NCBI GenBank assembly: GCA_965153355.1
Contig: OZ231126.1
Coordinates: forward strand, 17,732,001 to 17,796,000
Length of the DNA: 64,000 bases
Origin: Flaccisagitta enflata
Taxonomy: Eukaryota
Direction of reading: 5' to 3'
Made by a program: the position numbers and the translations under genes. Shown piece after piece: positions 44,496 through 57,745 of the stretch. The number at the start of each line of letters is the position of its first letter. Positions within the stretch are counted from its first letter, which is position 1. A model generated the notes under the pieces. The model saw only the letters and a program-made list of their open reading frames with translations. It made no database searches and was not told where the DNA came from.

Positions 44496-44731
44496 AACAA
44501 GGCCGGATACACGGCCAATAATGTCGCTGGCGGGTGGGCAGGGGTAGGAATGTTGGTGGGCAGGGGCAGTAGGGGCTGGGCGGGAGCTTTAATGTGGCTT
44601 GGCAGGAGTAGTAGTGCCCAGAAATCATTATTTCAGTCAATTTCGCTCCATCCCATATTTCGCGTTACGGACGGACAGACCTTCCTACGAACACAGCCTC
44701 TTATAGAGCCGCTTAGCCAGCGACTAAAAAA
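44496..44731 (-). mobile_element. HINE-like element
   Basis: aacaaggccggatacacggcc...gtcgctggc...cctcttatagagccgcttagccagcgactaaaaaa. Confidence 0.8.
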
Positions 44732-45391
44732 TGGCTAGCGGAGGATTTCATAAAAAAAAAAACCGGACAAAAATGGTGTTCTGATCCCCAAGTTGGCCTG
44801 GATAGTGGATACGCTGCAGTGATGAGTGAACGATCTTTTCCGTTCGGCTCGGCTTATAGAGGAGGAATTTCAGCAAATAACCAGAATGGACCTTAGAAAA
44901 ATTGTAATACTGGGTTTTTTGGTGGTTTTGCACTGTACATAGGCTGTAGTGAGCTAAGATAAAAAGTTGACTGAAAAATTATTTATGCAAAGTGGTTGGT
45001 TGGGATGTTTGTAGGACATGTGAAAAGAGCGAAAATTCGTCAAAATCAATCTTTCAAAAATAAAGAAGTAGATACAAAAACAGAGAATAAACTTTGTATT
45101 TGGAGTAAAAACTTCATATCAATACTTAGCTAAGACATCTTTTCATGTCATGATGTCATCTTATGATCTTGAAGTGTGCTGGAATAGCTCATCAGACGGA
45201 TAGACAGACTGAAGGACCAACTGATATGACAAGGTGTAGAGTCGCATGTGTATAAAAATACAAACAACACAATTTCAGTTCTTACGTTCCCCTCAACCCC
45301 TTCTACTCATCTACTCTCTGTCTGTCTGTCAGTCTGTCTGTCTGTCTGTCTGGTTTCTGTCTGTCTGTCTCTCTCTCTCTCTCTTTCTCTT

Positions 45392-45424
<33 letters not shown>

Positions 45425-45691
45425 GCCTGGTCATATTTCAGTCAGTGCCCCTTTCAGTCTCTTCTCTTATATCATTAATAGTGTTCAGTTTCCAATGTGA
45501 CTCTGCCTACATATCATGTGATTTTGCTGAGTCTTAAAGTACTTTCTGCCTTTTCTGTTTGTCTTTCTATCCACCTTTATGTCTTTCAGTCTTATTCTAT
45601 CTATCTGTATGACATCATAATTTTTTTTTCTTTCTTGATCTGACTGTCTATCTGTACCTGTGTCTGTCTTTTTCTGTTTGTCTGTCTGTCT

Positions 45692-48186
45692 GTGTCTATG
45701 ATTGACATTTTGAAAAAATACATAACGGCAGAGAGGCTTGGAAACTACCCTATGCACTTGTGTAGCTTTGCAGATTTTCTCAAATACTTAGCCGCTGCTG
45801 GGCACAACAATTACACAAAATCAGGAAACGTTTATCAGCAGCAAATGCATGAGTTAGAGATGACTCATCCAGATATTCATCACCAGTTCTCTAATGGATT
45901 GTTTGTAATGCAGAAGAGTGATAGGTTCTGGGCTGGGATCCCTAGTGATTGAACAATGCCTGATGCACAATCTAAAGACCAGTGGAGGATTGACGCATGG
46001 GAGTGGCATGAGTGAGGAACAGCACAGTGTGTGGACACTTTCTATGCCCCTATGTGCCTCTGCTCATTAAGCTATACAGGAACTGACAAACACCACCAGT
46101 AAGAGTGGAGAGCAGCATACAGAGATAGGGCCATCAAGGATAAGTCGTGATTGGAAGAATGTACGCCTTGTGGCTGAATTCTTACAAGGAAGAAACCCAT
46201 TTGAGTATGGAGATGTGTTCTGCAATATTGCCAATGGACATGCCATGCACACTCATCAGTCAATGTTGACAATGCTACAGCAATGGGTGACCACATACTT
46301 GAAAAGATGGTTGGAGAGAAGGTGAGTGATTTTTCTTTTTAAAATAAATATCAGGCTGTAACCATGGGTTCCAAAAATGGTATAAAAGTAGATGGAGAAA
46401 TTGTTCAATTTGAGCCACATATCTTGTTTCAAAAGCTTGCTGTAGCAGCTGAATGGACTGACAGTATCGATCCTGAAACTATTTTGCAAGCATGAATTAA
46501 CCACCATTCCAAAGGCCCTTGCAGACACACCTGAATTGCTACATTAAGCCTAAAAATCTACTCTTGCTGACGCAATATGGTCAACTGCTAATCTAAATGC
46601 ATCTTCTGCCCCAAATAGCTCTCCTACACAGGATTCCTTGGTCACGTGGCTCTACTTATGAAAGCATTATAGAGACCTACAGCAAATATGTAGGCACCAA
46701 TTGGAGAGGCTGTGGTGGTTTTCGATGGTTACAAATAATTTACAACCAAAGATATGACTTAGAAACGCCATCTGAAGGGAAAAAAGGGAGTAAGTGTTAC
46801 TTTCAGTTTGGACATGAGTCTTAGTGCCACACAAGAAGCATTCCTTAGTGACCCAAAAAACAAACAGCAATTCAGCTTCTTGGCGCAAGACTCACAAGTC
46901 AAGGTTGCCGTGTTTTCCACAACCAAGCAGATGCAGACCTGTTTATTGTTCAAAAGGCAATTGAGTCAGCAGATACAGACCTACTCATCCTTTTCTTACA
47001 CCACATGCCTCCACACAGCAAAAAAAAATGGGCACTTTAATGTGCAAACACATACAGAAGATCTTGTCTAGACTTGAGATAACGGGGGCAAGCATTATGG
47101 GAGAACAAATGAAGCTAGAGGGCTGATATTTGAAATATTATCTAATAAAACAATGATTTATTTGCCATAATACTTGGTTGCCATGGATGCACATTTCCAT
47201 GTATTCTTGCAAGAATATCAATATTTTGAAAGATTTTTTTAGGGAACATTGCTTGGAATAAAAATTGCTACAACTTTCTCACAGTATGTTCTGTAAGAAT
47301 GTTGCTCGTTTAGCAGTTTCTATGGGTTGTCACACATGGATACGCTCCCTAGCTACGGCCAAATGAGCAATATTCTTACAGAACATATTTTGGGAAAGTT
47401 GCAATGTTCCCTAAAAAATTCTGTCAAAATATTGATATTTTAGCAAGAATACATGAATATGTGTTTCCATGGCAACCGAGTATCATGGGGAATAAATCAT
47501 TCTTTCATTAGTTTATATTCCAAATATCAACCTCCTGGCTCAATTTGTTCTCCCATAATGCTTGCCCCCGTTATCTCAAGTCTAGACGAGATCTACTGTA
47601 CCATTTCTGCACACATTTCTAGGGTGTGACAACATCATGTTTGTTGGGGATAGGAAAAGGGTCCATTCTAAAAAAATTTAAGGACAATAAATCCCTTCAA
47701 CAAGCAGCAACAGTTTTTGACAATTCAAATGCCACTCAGGCCCAAATTGATAAAGCTGGCAAAGCTGCATTTGTGGTGATGTCCAATGGAAAGAAATCAG
47801 ATACCTTGGATAGCCTTCGATACAAAAAGTATTGTGACACAAGTGGACCCCAAATCATTGCCTCCAACCTCTGCTGCTGCTAAATTTCCTAGTTGGCGAG
47901 TGTTTTTGCAAGTAAATCAATGAAAGGATCCCCAATGTTATTTGCTTGCAGAGGAGTGGGGATAGGTCCTCAAAGACACAGGGTTGCATCCTGCACTAAC
48001 AGATATGCCACCAGCTCCTGCTGAGCTTTTAAAGATCATAAGGTGCAACTGTACTACTGATTGTGGAACTGCTAGATGCACCTGCAAAAACATGGAATGA
48101 AATGCTCAATAGAGTGCAGGCATTGTTGTGGCTCCTCATGTTTAAATGCAAATGCGTTTGAAGAAGATGAAGATTACAGCGACTGA
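45692..48186 (+). pseudogene. Academ-type transposase with XPG/PIN nuclease and Cys8 (CXC-like) finger; 5'-truncated, many frameshifts and stops
   Basis: Fragments in order: AERLGNYPMHL...AAAGHNNYTKS; VIEQCLMHNLKTSGGLTHG; VVVFDGY; ADTDLL; FLHTFLGCD/GIGKG; LPPTSAA; PPAPAELLKIIRCNCTTDCGTARCTCKKHG/MKCSIECRHCCGSSCLN; stop TGA at 48184-48186. Confidence 0.85.
47055..47598. mobile_element. Foldback MITE nested in the Academ ORF
   Basis: TA|CAGAAGATCTTGTCTAGACTTGAGATAACGGGGGCAAGC...GCTTGCCCCCGTTATCTCAAGTCTAGACGAGATCTACTG|TA; arms ~250 bp; removal restores CKHIPFLHTFLGCD. Confidence 0.92.
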
Positions 48187-48692
48187 GAAAAAGACTTATC
48201 AAATGAATCATGATCAATGTATTGACAAGTTTTTACAGTTTTTTGTCATTATTCCAATAGGTTAGTTTTTTACCAATCTAACATTTGATTTTTTGTTTGA
48301 GATATGAAGGACGTAAAAAATGAGATAGTTAAGTCAACATTTATTGTGTATAGAAAGCAGTTGACAAGCCACTCCAGGACACCTGATCATCATAAGATGA
48401 TATTTTAACTTGAAAAGATGTCTTAGCTAATTATTTATATGAAATTTATACTTCATATGCAAAGTGTTTTTTATTATTGTATTCATATCCTGGTTTTTAG
48501 AAGGTCAATTTTGACAAATTTTCGCCTATTTTCCATGTACTTACAAACATCCCAACCAACCGCTTTGCAGAAATAATTTTTCAGTCAACTTTTTTTCTTA
48601 GCTCAGTACAGCCTATGTACAGTGCAGAACCACCAAAAAACCCAGTATTACAATTTTTCTAAGGTGGTTTTTGTTAAATCCCTCCTCTATTA

Positions 48693-49698
48693 CGGTGCGC
48701 CGCATTAAAAACAGGACAGTTTGTAACAATAGCATATTATTGCGCAAAAATGGATTATTGAAACCAAATACGGATGAATACATCGCTCATGCGTTTGTAG
48801 TTGATGGATCAGCCTTTGGCCAGGATGGCAAGCTCCATAGAGGGTGGCAACTTGGCAAAAAAGTTGGCAAGGTAGTCGACGGTGAGGCGGCACCAAACTG
48901 TAAAAGTAACTATGGCATAGGACACTTTGTAATGCTGGTTTCTGCTTAACTATTGGCCTGAGACACAAAAAATTCATGACCGTTTGAAAGCCCTGCAAAA
49001 AATCTTCCAAATGCGACGTTGCTGGTCATTGTAGCTATATTCGTTTAGAAATGGCATAGGTTTGAAGAAAAAAATCACTGTTTAAAAAAAGTGCTCATTT
49101 CAATTTTTTTCCAACAAGCAATTTAAGTCTTTCTGTTTTTGTCAATGATGAAGCTTAGGATTGTCTTTGATACTCGATATCCATGGGCAAATTAAAGAGC
49201 TTCAAATTTTCTTTAAAATGGCGCCAAGAACAAATATCTCACTCAATGCGTTTGATTTTTATGTTAAAATAAAGATAACCCCTTAAAATCACGTAGTAAA
49301 TTTCCAAATTTTTGACAACCTGTCTTCATCCTAATGCCATTTCCAAACGGTTAAAGTTAGGGCATCCAGAGAGGTCTCATTTGAAAGATCTTACGCAGAG
49401 CTTCAAAACGGTCATAGATTTTGCAATGTTTTTCTCATTTCTTGGATGTGAAACACTGACTAACAAGTGGTTCGCTTTTTGTTTTTTGTCATGGTTAGTT
49501 TTTTCCCATTCCAATTTTTATAGCTTCTCTTTAGAGCGTCACTGCGTCCAAACGAATTGACCGATTTAGACGCGGTTTGTGGCAAACGCTTCGTCTTTCA
49601 AAGAGCTTTAAATTGGTCAGCAATAAAGATATGATCATATTATTTTGAGCCGAGAAATATTGGAAAATGAACTGTCCTGTTTTTTATGCGCCGCACTG
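48693..49698. mobile_element. 1-kb Tc1/mariner-like non-autonomous element
   Basis: TA|CGGTGCGCCGCATTAAAAACAGGACAGTT...AACTGTCCTGTTTTTTATGCGCCGCACTG|TA; the left TA lies inside the Academ right TSD. Confidence 0.88.
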
Positions 49699-49812
49699 TA
49701 CCCATGAATTGACTCTATAAGAGGCTGTGTTCGTAGGAAGGTCTGTCCGTCCGTAACGCGAAATATGGGATGGAGCGAAATTGACTGAAATAATGATTTC
49801 TGGGCACTACTA

Positions 49813-50375
49813 CTCTCAATTAGCGCGATAGCGATTCTTTGTTTTCAGCAACGCAGTTAGATAAGTTGCTTGCCAGGGATGTGGAAGAGATCAATTTTCA
49901 TTTCGCTTCTAGATCACCGCTAAGGCCCCGGCCTCCATTTCGCATTTCAAATGCTTGCAGCTGTTCCACGCACCCAAGTCTACATAAAAAAAACCGGACA
50001 AAAATGGTGTTCTGATCCCCAAGTTGGCCTGGATAGTGGATACGCTGCAGTGATGAGTGAACAATCTTTTCCGTTCGGCTTACTGTCAACTTGACACAAA
50101 AAGAAGACCTCGAGTTGCTGGACACGAACGATTTAATCTTGACCAAAAACCCTTGGTAATACTCACGTGTTTTCCGCGGCGTGACCGTAAGAGATGCGGA
50201 AGCAGCTGACCGCATCCACTTGGGTGCGTGGAACAGCTGCAAGCATTTGAAATGCGAAATGGAGGCCGGGGCCTTAGCGGTGATCTAGAAGCGAAATGAA
50301 AATTGATCTCTTCCACATCCCTGGCAAGCAACTTATCTAACTGCGTTGCTGAAAACAAAGAATCGCTATCGCGCT

Positions 50376-50384
<9 letters not shown>
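49813..50384. repeat. 167-bp inverted repeat (49813-49979 / 50218-50384)
   Basis: Arms read as exact reverse complements by eye; 238-bp spacer. Confidence 0.92.
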
Positions 50385-50450
<66 letters not shown>

Positions 50451-50487
50451 GTGGAAAAAGTTCAACGCCGAGTTCCTGACAGTCATG

Positions 50488-51083
50488 TACTACCTGGGAA
50501 AAAAGTATATCTACACCTGGAATACAATATGATTTAATGACCTCGTATTCATTTAATCATTATACAAAAAGTGTTAATATATAAAATAACTTGTTTTTTA
50601 ACTAAAAATTCTTATCAAAGTTTTTGGAAGCAATATCTAAAGCCGTTCTAACTTATTACAGAGGATATTGTGTTAACACTCATAGGCAAATTTACAATTT
50701 AGGAAGAAGTTTTTATCTATATCTGCCATTACCAAACGTACAAAACCACAGATCCCAGAATGAGTTCATCTTCTAGATTTTTTGATGAAGATAATTTTTT
50801 TTTTAAATTGTACTAGCTGCTCTAGAAGCGGAGATATGTTGATTAAAAACTGTCTATGATTTCTGCATTCTGCTGTCTTTTATATTTTCTTGATTTTGAA
50901 AATAAATGTCTTTACATTTTCGCTTGTAATTTCTTAACAGTTTAAGATACACCAACCAGATTAAACTTATTTTGAAGATTTTTTGATGATGTTTTATTTG
51001 TTTTTTTAAAAATCTATCTAGCATTTCAAGAAGTGGAGATATCCTTGATAGAAGGTGTAGATATACTTTTTTCCTAGATAGTA
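50488..51083. mobile_element. MITE with TACTA-type ends
   Basis: TACTACCTGGGAAAAAAGTATATCTACACCT...AGGTGTAGATATACTTTTTTCCTAGATAGTA, flanked by tg/tg. Confidence 0.85.
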
Positions 51084-51404
51084 TGTGATAGACAAAAGAT
51101 GTTTTCTACGTCGATTTAATGAGTCACTACCGCTTGGTCGGTCCAACGGGATGTTGACCGGTCTTTCGGCTCAGCGCACATCTGCGATCAACTATGCCAA
51201 CGATCAACTTTGTAATTAGATCGCTTGTGGCAAATACATGTCAATGTCTACTTAGAAAAAAAGCGCCTGAACGCCTCTTGGCACACCAGCAACATCCACC
51301 TTTAACGCGCGCAGGCGTGGAGGCGTAGTTAGTGACAAAAAAGACAGATGGATAGACACGCACATGTTAGAGGAAGGATAATGTTCAGATATCTATCATT
51401 ACCA

Positions 51405-51611
51405 GTTTTTTTAAGTTGCGGAAACGCAACTCTAAAAAAGGCTTTGTCCGTCCGTCTGTTGGTCCGTTGGTCCGTCCGTCCGGGGTCATCGAGTTGAAAA
51501 GTGGGAAAACGAGCGTTTAAGATACGTTTGGGGATGGGATGGGGTGTGTATGGGGGTTGGATGCCCCTGCCTACCCGTCCGCAACGATATTGTGACCCTG
51601 CGTCACTTGTT
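51405..51611 (+). mobile_element. Full-length HINE-like element
   Basis: T-run, agttgcggaaacgcaact, (gtcc)n, tccgcaac, gtgaccctgcgtcac-ttgtt. Confidence 0.8.
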
Positions 51612-51914
51612 ATCACTAATTATCAGAGAAAGGTGAATTATTAGGAAATTATACATAAATGAACGAAGACGGTCTCATACTCCAAATAACTCCATATTCC
51701 ATCAACGATGATATATTTAACATTTATTCACACTTTATATCGCTCATTTGCGTGTCCAATACTTGTCAATTTCATAGAAAAAAAGAAATTCAAAGCCGGT
51801 AATATCCACCTTATAAATGCGCGCGTAGGCGTGGGACTAAAAACAGCGACAAAAAAATAGATACAAGAAAGAAAAAAGGAAAGAAAGAAAGAAAAGAAAG
51901 AAAGAAAGAAAGAA

Positions 51915-52070
<156 letters not shown>

Positions 52071-52074
52071 AAAA

Positions 52075-52157
<83 letters not shown>

Positions 52158-52840
52158 GAACAAAGAAACAAAAGAACAAACAAACAAACGAAGAAACGAA
52201 GAAACGAAGAAACGAAAAAACATAAAAAGGAAGAGGACAAGTAAGAAAAAAACAAAGTAAAGAGACAAAGAAAGGGACAGAGGCAGAAAGTAAGATGGAA
52301 ACAAAGAAACAAAGAGATATCGGAAGGTAAAAGCAGAGGATACAAACCGACTTGCATAAGGATAGAAGTAAATTTCCCATGAGGCAGAGAAAAACGTGCA
52401 GAATAAACAAGTTCATCAGAACGCCAGCGTTAAATCAACGTCAGAACAATCAACGCGAGGTTTCAATAATGTCACAGACAGATGGGGACGGCCGACAGGG
52501 GCGGAAATGCACCTGTTTACTCGATGGTTACGTATGGACCAATGCTTGTATACTCGATAGTTATGTACCAACGGACCAAGTAACTGACGGACGGACAAAG
52601 CTAGTCCGCGACTTGAACTAAACAAAAAAGAACAAAAGATACTTTGAAAAACCTTTTAAGCCGCGAAAACGCGACTCTACACGTTGCTGTGTCGATCCCT
52701 CTGCCCGTTGGTCTGTAACATTTCTGAATTCTGAGTTCTGAGTGCTTTTTGCATTACTGCCCCTACCCAACTGTCCGCGACTGAGGTGCCGTGTATCTGG
52801 CCTTGTTCACTTTTAATGGACTTTTACGAACTTAACAATG

Positions 52841-54486
52841 AACAAGGCCAACACCTATAAGTCGCGTGCGAGACTTACTTAATTACGTAATCGCCTAATT
52901 GTATGAGTACGTTATTTCCTGTATTGACGATAATAACTATAACTTCCTATTGACCTATAATTGCCTATAATGTCCTATAATTACCTATAATAACCTATAA
53001 TTAGAAAAATGAAGACAAATTTCAATGATGCGTGAGTTTGTAATGAAAATAAGGTAAAATCCAAACAGATAAGCAATTGGCTTTAAAACATGGTATCGTC
53101 TGACTAGTTTCGCTTTTCAGCTCTTCAGAGATGGTTTTTAATTAAGCAAATAAAAGAATTTTACCTATAATTACCCATACTTAAATAATGACCTATAAGT
53201 ACCTATAAAGACCTATAATTACCTTTTATTACATATGGACCAATAATTACCTATAATGATGTATGATTACCAATTATTACCTGTAATAACATAATGACCT
53301 ATAATTACCCATAATGACCTATGATTACCTTTAATTACCTATAATTACCCATAATTGAATACTGACCTATAAAGACCTATGATCACCTATGATTACATAT
53401 GGACCAATAATTACCTATAATGACCTATTATTACCCATAATTACCCATAATTACCTATAATAACATAATGACCTATAATTACCTATAATGACCTTTGATT
53501 ACTTATAACTACCTATAATTACATAATGACCTATAATTACCTTTAATGACCTTTGATCACCTGTAATTACATAATGACCTATAATTACCTATAAATACCT
53601 ATAATTACCTATAATGACCTATAATTTCCTATAATTACCTTTATTTATATGATTATATACTGACCTATGATTATGATTATATGATTATGATTATATACTG
53701 ACCTATAATTACCAATAATGACCTACATTTGCATAATAACCTATAATTACCCGTAATGACCTATAATTACCTATAATTACATAATGACCTATAATAACCT
53801 ATAATGACCTATGATTACCTATAATGACCTATGATTACCTATAATTGCATAATAACCTATGATTACCTATGATTACCAAAATTGCATAATGACCTATAAT
53901 TACCTATAACGACTATACTACGCGAATTTAAAAAATGACTGATATGATATGAAATGACTTAAATTGACTTAAATTGACTTATACTGACTTATACTGACTT
54001 AAATTGACTTAAAATGAGTTAGAATGACTTGAATTTACCTGAAATGACTTGAATATACCAAAAATGAGTTAAATTGACTTAAAATGACCAAAATTGACTT
54101 AAACAAACTAAAATTCAAAAATGACATAAAATGACTTAAATTGACTTATACTGCCTTTAATTGACTTATACTGAGTTAAACTGACTTAAATTGACTTGAA
54201 TTTACTTAAAATGACTTAAAATGACCTAGATTGACTTAAATTGACTAAAATTCAATAATGACTCAAATGACTAAATTTGACTTAAAGTGACTTAAAATGA
54301 CTTAAAATGACTCAAAATGATCTAATTTGACTCAAAATCACTTAACTGACTTAAAATGACTTGATAGGAATAAAACGAATAAAAAAAGTAAAATGGGGAC
54401 TGACCGACCAACCAACCAACCGACCGACCGACCGACCGTCGGACGGACAAAGCGGGGTATAGAGTCGCGTGCACGCGACTGAAAAA
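52841..54486 (-). mobile_element. HINE-like element expanded by two 10-bp satellites
   Basis: Same ends as 3315-3537; (attacctata)n at ~52940-53915 and (aatgacttaa)n at ~53930-54362. Confidence 0.85.
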
Positions 54487-54947
54487 ATGTGCAATAAGGG
54501 TTATTTAGTTACGATAGGTCGGAGGGGTGGATGGATGAACAGACCGAGGGACAGACAAACTGATTTCATAGAGTTGCATATCACCCGACGGGAAAAATGG
54601 TGGTAGTCTCTTGAATACTCTTGAGTAAACGAAGATTGGCAAGTCAAAGCCGCGCAGACTGCAGCTGCGGAGGCATGATGGGAATTTCTAAGCGCAAAGG
54701 GAGTCCATCGGTGTATGGGAGGAGTATGACAACCGCTTCAATCACAGTAGCTTATCACCTTACCTTGTATTTGGAAAGTGTTCTTAGTCAACACCGTACA
54801 CTAGGCTGCAAAAAAGTTTTGATTATTTTACCTGCTAGCATAAGCAAGGTAAAATTGCATCTTTTTCAGTAGATTCATATGCATTTTATGATATATTTTG
54901 CTGTAAACCATTCTGAAAAGTTATTTCAAATTTGTTGTTGTTTTTTT

Positions 54948-55154
54948 CTTTCAGTCGCGTGCTACGCGACTCTATACCCCGCTGTATCCGTCCGTTGGTT
55001 GGTCGGTTGGTCAGTCAGTTAGTCCCCTTTTTACTTTTTCGGCGTTTTTGAGCGTCTTGAGCTTAGTGCTTCTGCCAAATGCCCCAGTGACCTTCTCTAT
55101 CACTGACCCTGCCCACCCGCACGCGACTAGGGTAACCGTGTATCCAGCCTTGTT
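54948..55154 (+). mobile_element. Full-length HINE-like element
   Basis: agtcgcgtgctacgcgact-ctata...gcacgcgact...ccgtgtatccagccttgtt. Confidence 0.85.
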
Positions 55155-55878
55155 TCATGGAAAATGTGATCTGTAAGTGGACAGATTTTCCCGGTCTTCA
55201 ACCGGGATTTCAGCTGAAGTCCTCAAATCCCTTATCATGCACCGATGACGGAGTCTATGAAAGCGTCAGACCGCGTCCGGGGAAAGTTCATGAAATGTCA
55301 TGAATATCACAAACGACATGTTGAAAAATAATTGTAAACAATGCAATGATGTAGATATCAAGTGTCAACAGCGAGCACGCGACCTCAGCCTGCCGTCTTA
55401 TTTCGTTGTAGTCTGAGACACTTTTGCCATTTCTCTTTGAACAAATCGATGCGAGATTTTGAAAATATTCATCTCTAGCACAATTAATCCAGGGAAAATT
55501 CCATACCCGAAAAGCGCTGAAATTGCAATAACTGAAAATGGTGCAACGTGCAGACCCTCTTGAAGCGATGAGAGGACTCATATTAAAAAAATAACGTCGA
55601 AAATATGTTTCATAACGCCATTAAAAAAAAAACACGAGGTGAGGTTCTTTTTTCTTCTTTGGAGTTGATACCACGAAAACAGAAACAGAAAAAAGGAGGT
55701 CGAAATGACGAAAACCCCGAAAAAAGAAATGTTTCAAGTTAAATTTGGCAGAAGAGCGGATTTTAAAGGGAAGGAAACGAAACTGCGAAAACCGGTCTTC
55801 GCTGCCACGCTCACTCAATTCCATTTACCTTTAATCGACTTCATCTCTATACTGAGATTCCCTCTGTCTCTGTCTCTG

Positions 55879-55989
55879 TTATTAGGTGCGACAAAGCACC
55901 TCTATAACTGGCTCTGTCTGTTGTTCTGTCTGTAACGCATTCGTCCGACGATCCACACGTCGCACCTTATTGGCCTACTTGGCCTTGTT
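55879..55989 (+). mobile_element. Minimal (~110 bp) HINE-like element
   Basis: tt-aggtgcgacaaagcacct-ctataa...gtcgcacct-tatt-ggcctacttggcc-ttgtt. Confidence 0.75.
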
Positions 55990-56104
55990 CTAAATTTCTT
56001 TTTGTCTTCATCAGCCCGTTTGTCTGGATATGCCGGACGGTCCGTCCCTGTTTTTGTCTGTAATTCAGTTGATTTATTTGTCTCATTGTACATGTTATTT
56101 TTAC

Positions 56105-56165
<61 letters not shown>

Positions 56166-56616
56166 GCAGTCATGTTCGTTGAAAGGGGTCAGGACAACCA
56201 AGTATCAAGCATTTACACGCTTTTGCGTTGAATTCTCCCCTTCAGGACATTCAAGGAGAATAAGTGAGAGTGAGCGTTGAGTGTTGTTACCAATTCTAGT
56301 TTTATAGGGCTATATAGGGAAAGTACCGTTATATGGAACTACGGCGGTCGCACCGACGACCAGAGAGACGTATTATTTTCAACAGTCACGGACTCACGTG
56401 TATTACGTATGAAAGTTGAAACAACATTGCCCTTGAAAATGGAGGCCAGAATTCTCCAATTTACAAAGGATGAAAACCTTGCAAGCTTTCAATGGTGTTT
56501 ACTCCGGATTGCTCAAAACTATCCTTTACAATTAACTAAAGTCAGAGTGCCGCAATTAGCCAAAACTGGCTTTCCCCTGGCAAGAGCTTGTTTCCTTTGC
56601 TCAAATGCTGTAAAAT

Positions 56617-56803
56617 GAGTCGTCGCGCGACATTCAAATCGATCGGGAACCATCATTAGGGTGACAATAAAGTTTCCATAAACACCCATAGCAGAGATAA
56701 AATTTGCACAATAGAATTATTGGTTCCAATGCTAAATCAATGCAAACTTCAGTCTCATCCTAACGATGGTTCCCGAATCGAATTGAAAGTCGCGCAAGGG
56801 CTC
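56617..56803. mobile_element. Old palindromic MITE-like element
   Basis: Imperfect ~60-bp IR (gcgcgacattcaaatcgatcgggaaccatc / gatggttcccgaatcgaattgaaagtcgcgc); no TSD visible. Confidence 0.55.
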
Positions 56804-57493
56804 GTTATACAGGACTTCTGCAAAGGAAACAGATGATCGCCCGGGGAAAGCCAGTTTTGACCGTTGTCGGCACTCTGACACACGTAACGCGCACGCGACC
56901 AAAAATCACAATTTGAGAACCACTTCCAAAGCGAATGGAGTTCATCGAGGAAAGGTTCTGAAGAGTTACGAAGCCCGTGAATTAGAGAGACTTCATTCAT
57001 AATAAAATGAATGAGCAAATGATAAATAAAATAAAAGGGATGAATGAATGGATTAACTATTGGACGGAAGTTGTCTTTAAATGAACGAATTTCAAAATGT
57101 GCAAATAAATTAATGACTACATGATACTGCATAGGAACACCACCTGGCATCGTGAACTGACATTGTGAACTTCTTAAATTTGCTCAAAGCGCAGTGCGGC
57201 CATTCATACTTAAATTGCCGCACAAATCGAATATATAATTGGAACAACCACGAGGTAGAACAAAACCAAACTAGGGAGATGAGGAAGATGAAGAAGAGAA
57301 GGGGGAGAGTGGAAACAGACAGCTTGAGGCTGTAGTCGAAAACTTGCCTAATATCCATTCTACAGGCACGTTCCATCCCTAGGATTTAAACTTCATCTTC
57401 CCCTAGGCGCAAAAGCCACCAGCCTCAAGGCAGAATGTTCCTTGAAAGTTGTCTCTTTCTTTCTTCCTTTCTTTCTCTCTCTCTTTCTTTCTC

Positions 57494-57609
<116 letters not shown>

Positions 57610-57687
57610 TTACTACTCTGCTTTTTTTCTTCCTATCTACCTTCCTTCCTTTCTTTCTTTCTGTCTTTCTGTCTTTCTGTCTTTCTG

Positions 57688-57745
<58 letters not shown>

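Larger units (their letters stand above)
44857..48689 (+). mobile_element. Decayed Academ-superfamily (AcademX-like) DNA transposon
   Basis: TAGAGGAGG...CCTCCTCTA termini; imperfect ~340-bp TIRs (44857-~45195 versus ~48360-48689); 3-bp TSD tta (44854-44856, 48690-48692); internal transposase/XPG/Cys8 remnant. Confidence 0.85.

Noticed and set aside
54764..54805. 42-nt minus-strand segment with good splice signals (ttttttgcag| ... |gtaagg)
   Set aside because: Stops in all three frames; such signals arise by chance in 64 kb without transcript data.
57270..57385. Acidic peptide GDEEDEEEKGESG...
   Set aside because: Short purine-rich stretch with no start codon or convincing acceptor.
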